Below are positions 29,901 through 37,154 of a stretch of 64,000 bases of DNA, one piece after another. Position 1 is the stretch's first letter; each line of letters starts with the position of its first letter. Source of the stretch: an uncultured Gammaproteobacteria bacterium (GTDB lineage: Bacteria > Patescibacteriota > Patescibacteriia > UBA9934). The notes beneath the pieces were generated by a model. It saw only the letters and a list, made by a program, of their open reading frames with translations, ran no database searches and had not been told where the DNA came from. The translations under genes and the position numbers were made by a program. The stretch covers positions 119,649-183,648 of the forward strand of contig CAZKGL010000001.1 in NCBI GenBank assembly GCA_964552565.1. Reading direction: 5' to 3'.

Positions 29901-30316
29901 CCGTCGACCTCGACGAGGACGGCGTGGACGATTACGAGCTCTACACCGTCGCGCTGACGAGCGTCGACACGCTCATTACGACCATGAACGGCTGGTCGAG
30001 CAATAGCGGGAGCGCGCTCGCATCGAACAACATCGACTACGCCTACGACGGCGACACGGAAGATGAGCTTGAAGACTCCTACGAGGACATCGTCGCGTCC
30101 ATCGCGCAGCCGACCATCGCCATCATCTCGTCCGACGGCTCGACGACCTATACGACGACCGACGAGTTTGAAGAGGGTTCCGGGGTCGACTTCCCGTGGC
30201 CGGAAGGGTTCTCGTGCGACCAGGACGACGAACAGGAGCTGCCGATCCGTATTACGTTCCCGGGCGAAGGCACGATCGAAATCAGCAATGTCCGGTTCGA
30301 GTATTGCGCCCCCTAG
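20954..30316 (+). CDS. giant surface adhesin-like protein (3120 aa): T4SS-pilin-like N-terminus, 4 IPT/TIG domains, Cys-rich DUF4215-like repeats, C-terminal vWA domain
   Basis: N-terminus is paralogous to the previous gene (WVWMTAGGNAEKVEKAKKIL). IPT/TIG modules at about 22.2-23.4 kb (VSPGSGAVGTYVTVSGSGFG). CGDGxVDxxEECDDGNxxxGDGCSSxC repeats at about 24.8-25.5 kb and 27.7-28.9 kb. MIDAS DTSGSMDD vWA domain at about 29.45-30.0 kb. Confidence 0.75.
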   Translation: MSRFRLRHVLPFLAGLSLIGVLAFTPDLLAQSESLTEVGDASGLGSEDPRIIIANIIRTFLTVLGVLAVLIVLYGGWVWMTAGGNAEKVEKAKKILIRGGIGIAIILMSWAITTFVITALLDSTGGSGGSGDDSDGSGGGVLGGGSTTSFSVTDYSPEGAVSIRNVQLRVTFSKTLDDETVEGNIVVTNASSGEAVDGAITVSGNKATFVPSAACPSPNEDRSCFDADTEFTVTVSEAIESSSGTALTCGADDCTSSFTTGSLVDTEDPVAEITDPERGDGVEAGSVETIQVHATDDTEVSGADFSLDEEEFDSVGAEGDDLSDVTIESTWDTTELTVGQDYEISVTVTDIAGNTDGVSVDVTARGAWCFNDEIDEEYGETGLNCGGDSSSAEYCGACDGSSCTEDSECSSGSCVDGVCTTLPEIESVSPGSGAVGTYVTVSGSGFGTSTGTVAFTSEDGTTTVEADIPSCSDGWSDTEIVVEVPEGAGDGPITVTTDDDLSDATDDDAGALIDDFDVNDTERPKLCSLFPDEGESTDGTTLSGLDFGDEQGSSTVSFGTSAAGSYTSWEDTSASVTVPALEDGEYDVVVTVDGVESNAVTYTVEEDTTGDPVITGIDPSEGAVGDYITISGENFGILVGTVRLVDDAGNEAVAEVDFPEECAEDYWEPTEITVIVPEEYQSGDGLSAGAFDVYVVTQEGAESDTTSFTVEDGDPSPGICAIDPDVGLAGTSVTIYGERLGSDEGSVAFYDEDGDVAATVDEDGWSSDAISLTVPSGAETGPVTVTSSAGDESNSIDFEVSDAGAAETETEPASYGWYFSTGEIPETPELLVECSDDRISGVPNNRFTSDGVCVEAMVYGEFSTVMNEGSITDALTVEMCTAAGEQPCDTTTDVTGDGTLEVSSSTTSTTFSWSPSSTFTADTTYRVTVSTAAMSDEAQALDDDVSWEFTTASSSETCEVDTVHVVPSAATITEQYATEQFTAVPADGCVVVDGDDYTWDWYVYSGVANLTSDDECAGGTTDCTLVEALAEGEADVIAEETASTTSGQADLTVAFTDPYVSDYWPDCDQACSNGEIGASFNTAVTSTSLETDGRVELYECDNELCAVGPADEYGSYDVVATDCDDDDPSLCAGVAISPDAELTPGTYYRAVISRRVETPSGVSLTRTNYDTGFSWVFRVMEGDATCAVERIEVTPVDAVADAIGDRQTFTVDAYGTPDACSVAGQLLSASDYDWSYGAWSDDGSDAAVDVADWWDVGSSSGFVDTSIEDVPEGCTASCIPSGSTALDAVCGDGTVDSDAGEECEDGNTADDDGCSSSCLYEGSETTCGDDVVDTYEECDDGGIADGDGCSSVCLNEGSRAIGTTCGNDDVAYEADQGGEDCDDGNVVNGDGCSSVCLNEGSLTLTDVGGAVCGDLDITEPYETCDDGGTTDGDGCSSNCTREGADGSYGTCGNDSTEQGTYGEGEDCDGEEWCTDSCTYGGSSVTYSEPSFCGDGTAGLGEVTACESSGGDDNTDSLQLAYITDDAAQEVDTDTNVAIATVTVTEPESGLSTDVTYTLACSAATDTDCSDPETYGVGLGNCCIARPTATLYPNGTDACRNAAIYGIFTQEMDLGSFSVTDTDGDTTPRMYLVLDTSTTDDGACPYDDELAWLGEDSWIAETWLRIRRIVTGHAAEAAPGEDECVLPVSSYAQEAQDDGTFKVRMRYGEALEADVTYTLRIEVDSDNTDTSKDGVLSADNVAMYDADGVIEETFSTGSEICTLDSVVVEDTDDESPYYFSQYGEEHTFTATAYSYNGSTRQELESIDDVYSWTWSSWEEEASESVVDVAQSTTTGTEDEAAVEATGENGEAVIVATATIEDDVVGDSEGEEVTGSEDVVVYLCQNTWPDITATEFPWSDDEDGIDNGAEEGNGWMNFSTYFCRDSGEADDTSDDLPGVNVVYATDYSSADDILKEYLFEVDDGSGDAIGFRIVSNSEYLGPEQWFEAQGFSGSPQTTTIDGFQAVTDGRTTYVAAPNQSDTSLYSNIYVISYNEGASEETTDLYDQILENISFAINVDNDCDAEDGETCTDAWSTLQRDTKRLADLTTVAALVETYVDENGVVPPLSSGTYVRSMGSSVWDSWGDLLGAALGDSDLPTDPRNTYDGCGADPFASYDEDTCVNETAGQYLCPEGSYAYHYRAVGTDGVTLYADLEYDDAAWVNPIDADTSDDIDYEVYSAMSSGDGFTSTAFCDGSSSGGTVYGSTGSCGDGVVNTSIDSDGDGTADTVETCEIGESGGTAEWCDSDLASDGDGDGDPLNDWDGSVSQTCNSACTGWTDDSDAECVLWSCGDGVVDTTDGEECDDGALNGQYGYCSNTCSYDDAFYCGDGSLAGSETCDCGAPGESTIVDPTQSRPYGGTSYSCVTTEGNGTYDENPYNTCAWDCQGPASYCGDGVVDSGEECDGDTEHWEGKLCNLYSTADTFGQACETDADCERYSDASLPNALCGDASNDDFEACPETTVCVAGTTSLIGTECTADSDCGTDGACSDIAYQTYRTRTCEDDGASGETCDWDVPSLGLYGISCTALGSCGDGTVDDNEECDDGNDDSTDSCTNECTDNVCGDGYLYVGEEQCDEGTENGQGCSSSYESTCTSCSETCRYETSSGDFCGDGEINGDEYCDAYAMPYQYAISVTYDEAESEDDFNPFAGETVVWTYGDSCDTLGETVIDYADESDESDVTYTCSMIGYCNGGDSSYGGNGDECLTDSDCDEGDCVMTVCADDCDNTCPETYESTALLLTAEQPGATAETAVDLYTYSDSGEAEVPNSATITFPACTIASSLVADISMDNVELTEYYIVFVTDTSGSMDDSFDGSQTSGVPVDEQRITAAVDVLREAIQSLYDASENMHIALVQYDDTAYEETSGDGGPTAFTDADQESNLLSTINSYYVAGGTTETDDGLAMAKALLDSEASDRTSNVRKIIVLLSDGEENSTSDAGSVADEIKAVDLDEDGVDDYELYTVALTSVDTLITTMNGWSSNSGSALASNNIDYAYDGDTEDELEDSYEDIVASIAQPTIAIISSDGSTTYTTTDEFEEGSGVDFPWPEGFSCDQDDEQELPIRITFPGEGTIEISNVRFEYCAP

Positions 30317-30324
30317 CGTGAACT

Positions 30325-31152
30325 ATGCAAGGCCTTGAAGACCAACAATTCTTTACCCCGGGTGAGCCGCAACCGCCGCATGGCGGGGGCGGCCACTCGC
30401 GGCGTGCGCTCGTCATCGCGGTTGTCGCGGTGGCGGCGCTTGCGGTCGCGGTCCTTCTCGGCCTGTACATCAAGAACCGGTTCACCGGACCCTTCAGTGA
30501 CGGGTATGGCGACGGAACCGATATTGAGGCCGACATTGCGTCCGAAGTCAGCCGGGAATGCGCGGACGCCGACGATGTCGCCGCGTGCGAGGATCGCGTC
30601 CGGTCAGAAATGGCGCAAGACGCGGCGATGCCCGAGGCGTGCGAGGGCCTCGAGGAGCCGGCATTCACGAACTGTGTCATGCTCATTGCCCAGGACGAGA
30701 TGGACGCTGCGGTGTGCAGCGCACTTGATGCCGAGGCAAAGACGTCCTGCCAGGACGATGTCGCATTCCGCCTTGCGGTCGCGAATGAAGACTACGCCGC
30801 CTGCGCCGACCTTACCGACGAGACGCTCCGCGCGAATTGCGAAGCGCGCCTGCTTTCGGTTGTCATCGCTTCCGGCGACTGTGCCGCGTACGGCGTCGAC
30901 GCGTCGGTGTGCAATGGGCAGGCGCAGCTCGACGCGGTCATTGCAGCGGGCGATCCGGAGGGATGTAACACGCTCCCGGACGAGCTCGAGGGCGACTGCC
31001 GCGATGCATTTGCATCATTGGATGCCGACCACGACGGGCTCTCGCTTGGCGAAGAGTATGGTTACGGCACGGACCCGAAGAATGCGGATACGGACGGAGA
31101 CGGGTACAATGACGGTAGGGAAGTCCAAAACGGGTACGACCCGACGAAATAA
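30325..31152 (+). CDS. bitopic membrane protein with Cys-pair region and bacterial TSP3-like Ca-binding repeats
   Basis: Pro-rich N-terminus, single TM (LVIAVVAVAALAVAVLLGLY), C-terminal DADHDGLSLGEEYGYGTDPKNADTDGDGYNDGREV. Confidence 0.55.
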   Translation: MQGLEDQQFFTPGEPQPPHGGGGHSRRALVIAVVAVAALAVAVLLGLYIKNRFTGPFSDGYGDGTDIEADIASEVSRECADADDVAACEDRVRSEMAQDAAMPEACEGLEEPAFTNCVMLIAQDEMDAAVCSALDAEAKTSCQDDVAFRLAVANEDYAACADLTDETLRANCEARLLSVVIASGDCAAYGVDASVCNGQAQLDAVIAAGDPEGCNTLPDELEGDCRDAFASLDADHDGLSLGEEYGYGTDPKNADTDGDGYNDGREVQNGYDPTK

Positions 31153-31154
31153 GC

Positions 31155-31850
31155 TTGCATATGTTCGACAATCAACCGCAACCAAATCCGAACCCGAACC
31201 CGACGCCGTCGCCGGCGCCAAATGCCGAGGACATGTTTTCCGGCTTGGACGCCGGCAAACCCCCGGTCGCGCCGCCCGGCCCTGAGCCGCGTCCGTCCCT
31301 GACGCCGCAGACGCCGCAGATGCCCCCGCCCGAGGCCCCGAATGTCGGTCCCGGCGACCTTGGCCCGCGCACCGCGCGGTTCGGCGTCGTAAAGGTTGCG
31401 CTCATTGTCGCGCTGGTCCTCGCGCTCATCGCCGCGGCAGGGTATGCGGCGTGGAAGATCATGAGTCAGGCGCCGTCCGACGACGGTGTCGTGCAGAGTA
31501 TCGACGACACGACCGACGGCGAAGAAGAGGACTCGGAAGAGACGGAGGAGGCTCCGGACGAGACCGACGGAGCACTCACCGCGCCTGAGGAGGAAGAAGA
31601 GGAGGAGAGCTCGTTGTTTGACACCGATGGCGACGGACTCACGAATGCCGAGGAGCTTGAGGCCGGTACCTTGCCGAACCGCGCCGACACCGACAAGGAC
31701 GGCCTTGGCGACCGCGAAGAGGTCGAGGTCTACGATACCGATCCGTTGGAAGAAGACACCGACGGCGACACGTATCTTGACGGCCAGGAAGTGAAGGGCG
31801 GGTATAATCCCAACGGGCCGGGCAAACTTTTTGAAGTGCCCACCGAGTAG
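31155..31850 (+). CDS. bitopic membrane protein with TSP3-like repeats (paralog)
   Basis: MHMFDNQPQPNPNP Pro-rich N-terminus, TM, then DTDGDGLTNAEELEAGTLPNRADTDKDGLGDREEV...DTDGDTYLDGQEV. Confidence 0.55.
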   Translation: MHMFDNQPQPNPNPNPTPSPAPNAEDMFSGLDAGKPPVAPPGPEPRPSLTPQTPQMPPPEAPNVGPGDLGPRTARFGVVKVALIVALVLALIAAAGYAAWKIMSQAPSDDGVVQSIDDTTDGEEEDSEETEEAPDETDGALTAPEEEEEEESSLFDTDGDGLTNAEELEAGTLPNRADTDKDGLGDREEVEVYDTDPLEEDTDGDTYLDGQEVKGGYNPNGPGKLFEVPTE

Positions 31851-31855
31851 CGTCT

Positions 31856-32914
31856 ATGTTCGACAAGGCGGCGAAACAACCTACGGCTCCCGCCACCCCT
31901 GCGGCTCCTTCGGCCTCTGGGGCGAATGATTATGTCATCCACACGATGCCGCGGGAGTTTTACGGCAAGGAGGCGTCGCTCGTCACCCCCCCTAGCCCCC
32001 CCATGCATGGAGGGGAAACTCCTCCGACACCGCCCCCACCGCCGCCCCCGAAGCCCGTGCCGGCTCCAAAGCCCATTCCACCGTCCACTGTCCCACCGAA
32101 ACCTAAGCGCTCCGTGAAGGGCATGGTGGTCATCGCGGTCATCGCCATGATGATCATCGCTGCGGGCGCGTACGCCGCGTCCGTCATCATTGCGTCGGTC
32201 AAGGAGCAACAGCGCCTGACCGAATTGGAGTTGCAGCGCGCCGAGCAGGAGGCCGAGGCCGAGCGCGAGCGTGCGGAGGCGCTTGCGGAAGCCGCTGCGC
32301 AGGCCGAAGAAGAGGCGGAAGAGGTCGCGAAGGACACGGACAGCGACGGGCTTACGGATATCGAGGAGTTGCTCTACGGTACGAATTTCCGCGAGCCGGA
32401 CAGCGACAAGGACAGCTACCTGGACGGCAACGAGGTGTTCCATCGGTATCACCCGCTCGGCGACGCGCCGGCGACGCTGCTCGACACGGGCGCGGTGAAG
32501 GTCTTCGAGGACGCGTTGTACCCGTTTACGATGTACTACCCGTCGAGCTGGAGCACTTCGCTTGACGAGACGAATATGACGGTGGCGTTCCGTTCGTCAC
32601 GGCAGGCGTCTATCACCGTCGAGTGGGAAGAGAAGCCCGCCGATGAAACGCTTGCGGACTGGTACGACGCGTCGCACACCGACCGCGCGTCCGGCGACCT
32701 CAAGGAGATCCTGACGAAGGAGGGGTATTACGGCCTGACGACTGCGGACGACCGGACGGCGTACCTCGACTTCGGCGGCGACGCGGTCATCACGCTGACC
32801 TACGATCTTGGCAGCCGGACGCAAGTCGAATACCTCCAGACGTTCCAAATGATGGTGAACAGCCTCACGATGGTCGAGGATGTCGTGACGCCGGAGGAAA
32901 CGACGACGCCATGA
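31856..32914 (+). CDS. bitopic membrane protein with coiled coil and TSP3-like repeats (paralog)
   Basis: MFDKAAKQP... Pro-rich N-terminus, TM, Glu/Ala coiled coil, DTDSDGLTDIEE...DSDKDSYLDGNEV, then a ~150-aa C-terminal domain. Confidence 0.55.
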   Translation: MFDKAAKQPTAPATPAAPSASGANDYVIHTMPREFYGKEASLVTPPSPPMHGGETPPTPPPPPPPKPVPAPKPIPPSTVPPKPKRSVKGMVVIAVIAMMIIAAGAYAASVIIASVKEQQRLTELELQRAEQEAEAERERAEALAEAAAQAEEEAEEVAKDTDSDGLTDIEELLYGTNFREPDSDKDSYLDGNEVFHRYHPLGDAPATLLDTGAVKVFEDALYPFTMYYPSSWSTSLDETNMTVAFRSSRQASITVEWEEKPADETLADWYDASHTDRASGDLKEILTKEGYYGLTTADDRTAYLDFGGDAVITLTYDLGSRTQVEYLQTFQMMVNSLTMVEDVVTPEETTTP

Positions 32915-33354
32915 TTACGCTTGAGGTCTATGACGAGCGCGTTCCCGAACCTGCCCGCCTCGGCGCGGAGCGGTATCTTGCGATCGCGCGCGCCGTGAAC
33001 GAGGCCGTCCCGGACGGTCCGGACGGCGCTATTACCGTGACCTACGTCGAGGACGACGAGATCCGCCGCCTGAACCGGATGTATCGGGGCAAGGACGCGG
33101 TGACCGACGTCCTTTCGTTCGGCTCTGGCATGCCGGAGACCGGCGAGGTGGGGGACGTCATCATTTCGTTCGCGCAGGCGGAGCGCCAGGCACTGTCGTT
33201 CGCCGAGGACGGCAGCGCGCCCGACATCGAGCTTGAGTGCACCGACCTCGTCGTCCACGGCATCCTGCACGTCCTCGGGTTCGACCACGAGCGTCCTGAG
33301 GACGCCGACCGCATGTTTCCGCTCCAAGACCGCATCGTTGAGCGCGCCCTATGA
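32911..33354 (+). CDS. ybeY: rRNA maturation RNase YbeY
   Basis: Metal-binding motif HGILHVLGFDH. ATGA start/stop overlap with the preceding gene. Confidence 0.85.
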   Translation: MITLEVYDERVPEPARLGAERYLAIARAVNEAVPDGPDGAITVTYVEDDEIRRLNRMYRGKDAVTDVLSFGSGMPETGEVGDVIISFAQAERQALSFAEDGSAPDIELECTDLVVHGILHVLGFDHERPEDADRMFPLQDRIVERAL

Positions 33355-33737
33355 TTTCTCCCTTCCGTTTTCTTCGCAGCCTTCGGTACGCGCTCCGCGG
33401 CCTTGTTACCGTCGCGCGCGCCGAACACAGCTTCCGCGTCCAGCTGCTCATCGGTACCGCCGCGATCGCATGCGCCATCGTGTTGCCGCTCGCGACGTGG
33501 GAACGCATCCTCGTGTTCCTCATGACCGCCGCGGTCCTCGTGCTTGAGGTCATCAACAGCATCGTCGAGCGCATCGTCGACGCGGTGCACCCGCGGCTCA
33601 GCCCCATGGTCCGCGAGGTCAAGGACATGATGGCCGGGACGGTGTTCCTGAGCTCGCTCGCGGCGGTCGTCGTCGGCGTCATGGTCTTCGGCCGGTATCT
33701 CGGCCCGGCCGTGGAGTGGATCGCGGGCGTGTTATAA
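33351..33737 (+). CDS. dgkA: diacylglycerol kinase family protein (prokaryotic DgkA)
   Basis: Three-TM ~125-aa protein with the conserved E..N..VE core. Overlaps ybeY (ATGA). Confidence 0.75.
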   Translation: MISPFRFLRSLRYALRGLVTVARAEHSFRVQLLIGTAAIACAIVLPLATWERILVFLMTAAVLVLEVINSIVERIVDAVHPRLSPMVREVKDMMAGTVFLSSLAAVVVGVMVFGRYLGPAVEWIAGVL

Positions 33738-33759
33738 TGGCATGGCCTAGATTGGCGTT

Positions 33760-35016
33760 ATGGCAGATGGTTCCATCGTAGGTCTGGATATCGGTTCCGC
33801 AACGGTGCGTGTCGCCGTTGCCCAGCCGTTGCCGGGGGAAGACGGAAAGCCGCGTTTGCATATTATTGGCGCGGTTGCTTTGCCGTCTGCGGGTGTCCAT
33901 CGCGGCACCGTGTCCAGCATGGAAGATGCGGTTTCGGCCATTTCGAAGGTATTGGAGCGCGCCGAGCGCATGACCGGCGTCCCGCTGAACGGGGCGTGGG
34001 TGTCCATTGCGGGGCAGAACATCTTGGTACAGGAGAGCCGAGGCGTGGTCGGGGTGACCCGGCCGGACGGGGAGATCCGCGAAGACGACGTCGAGCGCGC
34101 CATGGAGGCGGCCCGTACGGTGGCGACCCCGTCGAACTACGAGATTTTGCACGTTATCCCAAAGAGTTTTACGGTCGACGGCCAGCGTGGGGTCAAGGAT
34201 CCGGTCGGCATGAACGGCATCCGTTTGGAGGTGGACGCGGTTATCATCCAGGCGCTTGCGTCGCATATTAAAAACCTCACGAAGAGCATCTACCGCACCG
34301 GCCTCGACATTGAGGACCTTGTATACGCCCCGCTGGCGACCGCGGAGGCCGTCTTGACCCAGCGCCAGAAGGAGCTCGGCGTCTGCGTGGTGAATGTCGG
34401 CGCCAGCTCGACCACGCTTGCGGTGTTTGAGGAAGGCGACCTTATCCACACCGCGGTCCTGCCGATCGGCGGCGATCGCATTACGTCGGACGTGGGGACG
34501 CTCCTGCGGGTCCCGCCGGAGATCGCCGAGAAGGTAAAGCTGACCTATGGCCACGCGGTGCCGGACGCGGTCGACCGAAAACACACCTTCAGCCTGAAGG
34601 AGTTGGGTGCGGACGTCGACGAGGTGGTGAAGCGACGCTTCATCGCCGAGATTATCGAATCGCGCGTGGAGGAGTTGTTCGAGGCGGTCGACGCCGAGCT
34701 CCGCAAGGTGGACCGGTCGGGCATGCTTCCGGTCGGCGTCATGCTGACCGGCGGCGGGGCAAAACTCGACGGTATCGTCGACGTCGCCCGGCGGGTGCTG
34801 CGGCTGCCGTGCGCCCTTGGGGCGCCCGTCGGCGTGTCGAGCGTCATCGACGAGGTACACGACCCGGCGTTCGCAACCGCTATCGGTCTGGGGGTCTGGG
34901 GGTACACCATCAAGGGGATGCATACGAGCAAGTTCGGGAATTTGTTTAGCAAGTTCAAGTCGGTCGACAAGGTGGCTGAGCAGATCGGGAAGTGGTTCAA
35001 GTCGCTTGTTCCATAG
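33760..35016 (+). CDS. ftsA: cell division protein FtsA
   Basis: Actin-fold N-terminus VGLDIGSATVRVAV, 418 aa, immediately upstream of ftsZ. Confidence 0.9.
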   Translation: MADGSIVGLDIGSATVRVAVAQPLPGEDGKPRLHIIGAVALPSAGVHRGTVSSMEDAVSAISKVLERAERMTGVPLNGAWVSIAGQNILVQESRGVVGVTRPDGEIREDDVERAMEAARTVATPSNYEILHVIPKSFTVDGQRGVKDPVGMNGIRLEVDAVIIQALASHIKNLTKSIYRTGLDIEDLVYAPLATAEAVLTQRQKELGVCVVNVGASSTTLAVFEEGDLIHTAVLPIGGDRITSDVGTLLRVPPEIAEKVKLTYGHAVPDAVDRKHTFSLKELGADVDEVVKRRFIAEIIESRVEELFEAVDAELRKVDRSGMLPVGVMLTGGGAKLDGIVDVARRVLRLPCALGAPVGVSSVIDEVHDPAFATAIGLGVWGYTIKGMHTSKFGNLFSKFKSVDKVAEQIGKWFKSLVP

Positions 35017-35046
35017 CCGGGGTCCCCGCACCCCGGCTTGCCGTTG
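35014..35046 (+). terminator. terminator hairpin (AGCCGGGG-loop-CCCCGGCT family) overlapping the ftsA stop codon
   Basis: TAGCCGGGGtccccgcaCCCCGGCTT. The stop codon TAG is the first 3 nt of the stem. Confidence 0.55.
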
Positions 35047-35067
35047 CGCAATCGTGCTCCGCGGGCC

Positions 35068-35155
35068 GGGTCCTGCCGCCTTCGCACCCTGTTGGGTGCT
35101 CGACTCGTCGGACTCGTCTGCGCGCCCAAGCAGGGGACCTGCTCGGCGTCACCCG
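35068..35155. repeat. 88-bp REP-like element, family B (copy 1)
   Basis: Identical to 37155..37242 (direct). Contains the imperfect hairpin CCTGTTGGGTGC...GCGCCCAAGCAGG. Confidence 0.75.
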
Positions 35156-35377
35156 GCCACCCTTCTCTTCGACGGGCCCGATATCTCAGCGTCATGCCCA
35201 CCCGCTTTTCCCGAATTGGGGAGGAGGGGGAGTTTTTTATACGCACAGTTCATCCACAGGCATTCGTGGAGGGTTGGGAGGGGGTGTGTTAGGCTGTGAG
35301 TACAAAATTTATCTGAGGTCAGCGAAATTGAATACATAAAGTGTTCAGTGAGAGAGGCGCGTGAACACCAAGTTGGT

Positions 35378-36649
35378 ATGGCGGAGTTCAAACCGGAAAT
35401 CGAAACAGCAGCCAAGATTAAAGTCGTCGGGATCGGCGGTGGCGGGGGATCGGCGCTCATGCGCATGATCGCCGAGAAGCTCCGCGGGGTGGAATTCATC
35501 GCCGTGAACACCGACGCCCAGGCCCTCCACCAGAATACGGCTCAGGTAAAAATCCCGATCGGGAAGACCGCGACCCGCGGCCTTGGTGCGGGCATGAACC
35601 CGGAGGTCGGCCGGCGCGCCGCCGAAGAGAACGCGAACGACATCCGCACGGCGATCGCCGGTGCGGACATGGTGTTTTTGACCTGCGGCCTTGGCGGCGG
35701 CACCGGGAGCGGCGGCGCGCCGGAGGTCGCCAAGATCGCCCGCGAGGTGGGTGCGCTGACGGTCGCCGTGGTCACCAAGCCGTTCGGTTTCGAAGGCGCC
35801 CAGCGCAAGCGCATTGCCGATGACGCATACCTCGAACTCGCCGAGCACGTCGACACGCTCATCACCATCCCGAACGACCGCGTGCTCCAGATCATCGACA
35901 AGAAGACGTCGCTCCTTGAAGCCTTCAAGATCGTTGACGACGTGCTCCGCCAGGGCGTGCAGGGGATCTCGGAAATCATCACCATCCCCGGCCTCATCAA
36001 CGTCGACTTCGCGGACGTAAAAGCCATCATGCAGAACGCCGGTTCGGCGCTCATGGGCATCGGCCGCGCCTCCGGAGAAAACCGCGCGGTGGAGGCGGCA
36101 AAGCAGGCAATTGCGAGCCCGCTCCTTGAGATCTCCATCGACGGCGCCAAGGGCATCCTCTTTACCGTCACTGGAAGCTCGGACCTCGCCATGTACGAGG
36201 TTGCCGAGGCCGCGAAGATCATTACCGGTTCCGCGGACGACGACGCCCGCGTCATTTTCGGCGCCAACGTCGACGAGAGCCTTGAGGACGAAGTGCGCAT
36301 TACGGTCGTCGCAACCGGCTTTGACAGCCGCGACCACCGCCGCGCCCCGTCGCTCGCCGGCGACGTCGAGGTCGCGCCGCAGGGGAGCTGGAGCGCCCCC
36401 CGCCGCGACGACTATCGTTCCGCCCCCAGCCGGAGCAGCAGCTATATGGCGCCGAAGGAGTCGCCGTTTGGCGAGCGCCGCGTTCCGTCTGCCGCCTCGG
36501 CCATAACGCCCGTCGCACCGCCTCCGGTCCGCGAGCCCCTGACGGCCGCCGAAGAGAGGAAGCCGGTCGCTCCCGCGCCGCAGCCCGCCCAAAAGGAGGA
36601 AGACGATGAGCTCGGCATCCCGGCGTTTATCCGTCGCAAGATGATGTAA
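35378..36649 (+). CDS. ftsZ: cell division protein FtsZ
   Basis: KIKVVGIGGGGGSALMRM tubulin signature and the T7 loop. Pro/Ala-rich C-terminal linker ending in the conserved IPAFIRRK peptide. The start is taken at the ATG of MAEFKPE. The track GTG at 35348 is an alternative. Confidence 0.95.
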   Translation: MAEFKPEIETAAKIKVVGIGGGGGSALMRMIAEKLRGVEFIAVNTDAQALHQNTAQVKIPIGKTATRGLGAGMNPEVGRRAAEENANDIRTAIAGADMVFLTCGLGGGTGSGGAPEVAKIAREVGALTVAVVTKPFGFEGAQRKRIADDAYLELAEHVDTLITIPNDRVLQIIDKKTSLLEAFKIVDDVLRQGVQGISEIITIPGLINVDFADVKAIMQNAGSALMGIGRASGENRAVEAAKQAIASPLLEISIDGAKGILFTVTGSSDLAMYEVAEAAKIITGSADDDARVIFGANVDESLEDEVRITVVATGFDSRDHRRAPSLAGDVEVAPQGSWSAPRRDDYRSAPSRSSSYMAPKESPFGERRVPSAASAITPVAPPPVREPLTAAEERKPVAPAPQPAQKEEDDELGIPAFIRRKMM

Positions 36650-36651
36650 CT

Positions 36652-37128
36652 GTGTACTGCCCGGTTTGCAACGCGAAATCCACGAGGGTCATCGATTCGC
36701 GCCTGACCGCGGATTCGCTTGCCATCCGCCGCCGCCGCGAGTGTGAGCGCGCAAAATGCGGATTCCGGTTCAGCACGGTGGAAGAGATCGAATTACTCGA
36801 TGTGACGGTCGTGAAACGGAACGGCCGCCGCGAGTCGTATTCGCGGGAAAAGATCGAATCCGGGCTGAAGAAGTCGCTCGAAAAGCGTCCGCACACCGAC
36901 GCGCAGTTCCGCACCCTCGTTCACACCATCGAGCGCGACATCCAGAAGCGCCGCGGCGCGGAGATTACGAGCAGGGATATCGGAGAGATCGTCATGGACC
37001 GTCTGCGCGCCTTCGACAAGGTTGCGTATATCCGCTTTGCGTCGGTCTACTCGTCGTTCGAAGATGTCGGAATGTTCGTCCAGGAGTTGAAAAAGCTTGG
37101 CGCGGGAAATAAAAAGCGGAAAAAGTGA
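36652..37128 (+). CDS. nrdR: transcriptional repressor NrdR
   Basis: MYCPVCNAKSTRVIDSR zinc ribbon plus an ATP-cone domain. Confidence 0.9.
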   Translation: MYCPVCNAKSTRVIDSRLTADSLAIRRRRECERAKCGFRFSTVEEIELLDVTVVKRNGRRESYSREKIESGLKKSLEKRPHTDAQFRTLVHTIERDIQKRRGAEITSRDIGEIVMDRLRAFDKVAYIRFASVYSSFEDVGMFVQELKKLGAGNKKRKK

Positions 37129-37154
37129 TATACTGCAGATAAGGAATATGCGTC

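Noticed and set aside
35160-35377. Possible small ORFs or sRNA in the ftsA-ftsZ spacer downstream of the family B repeat
   Set aside because: No convincing ORF was found. The AT-richer stretch most likely holds the ftsZ promoter. It is not annotated further without TSS data.
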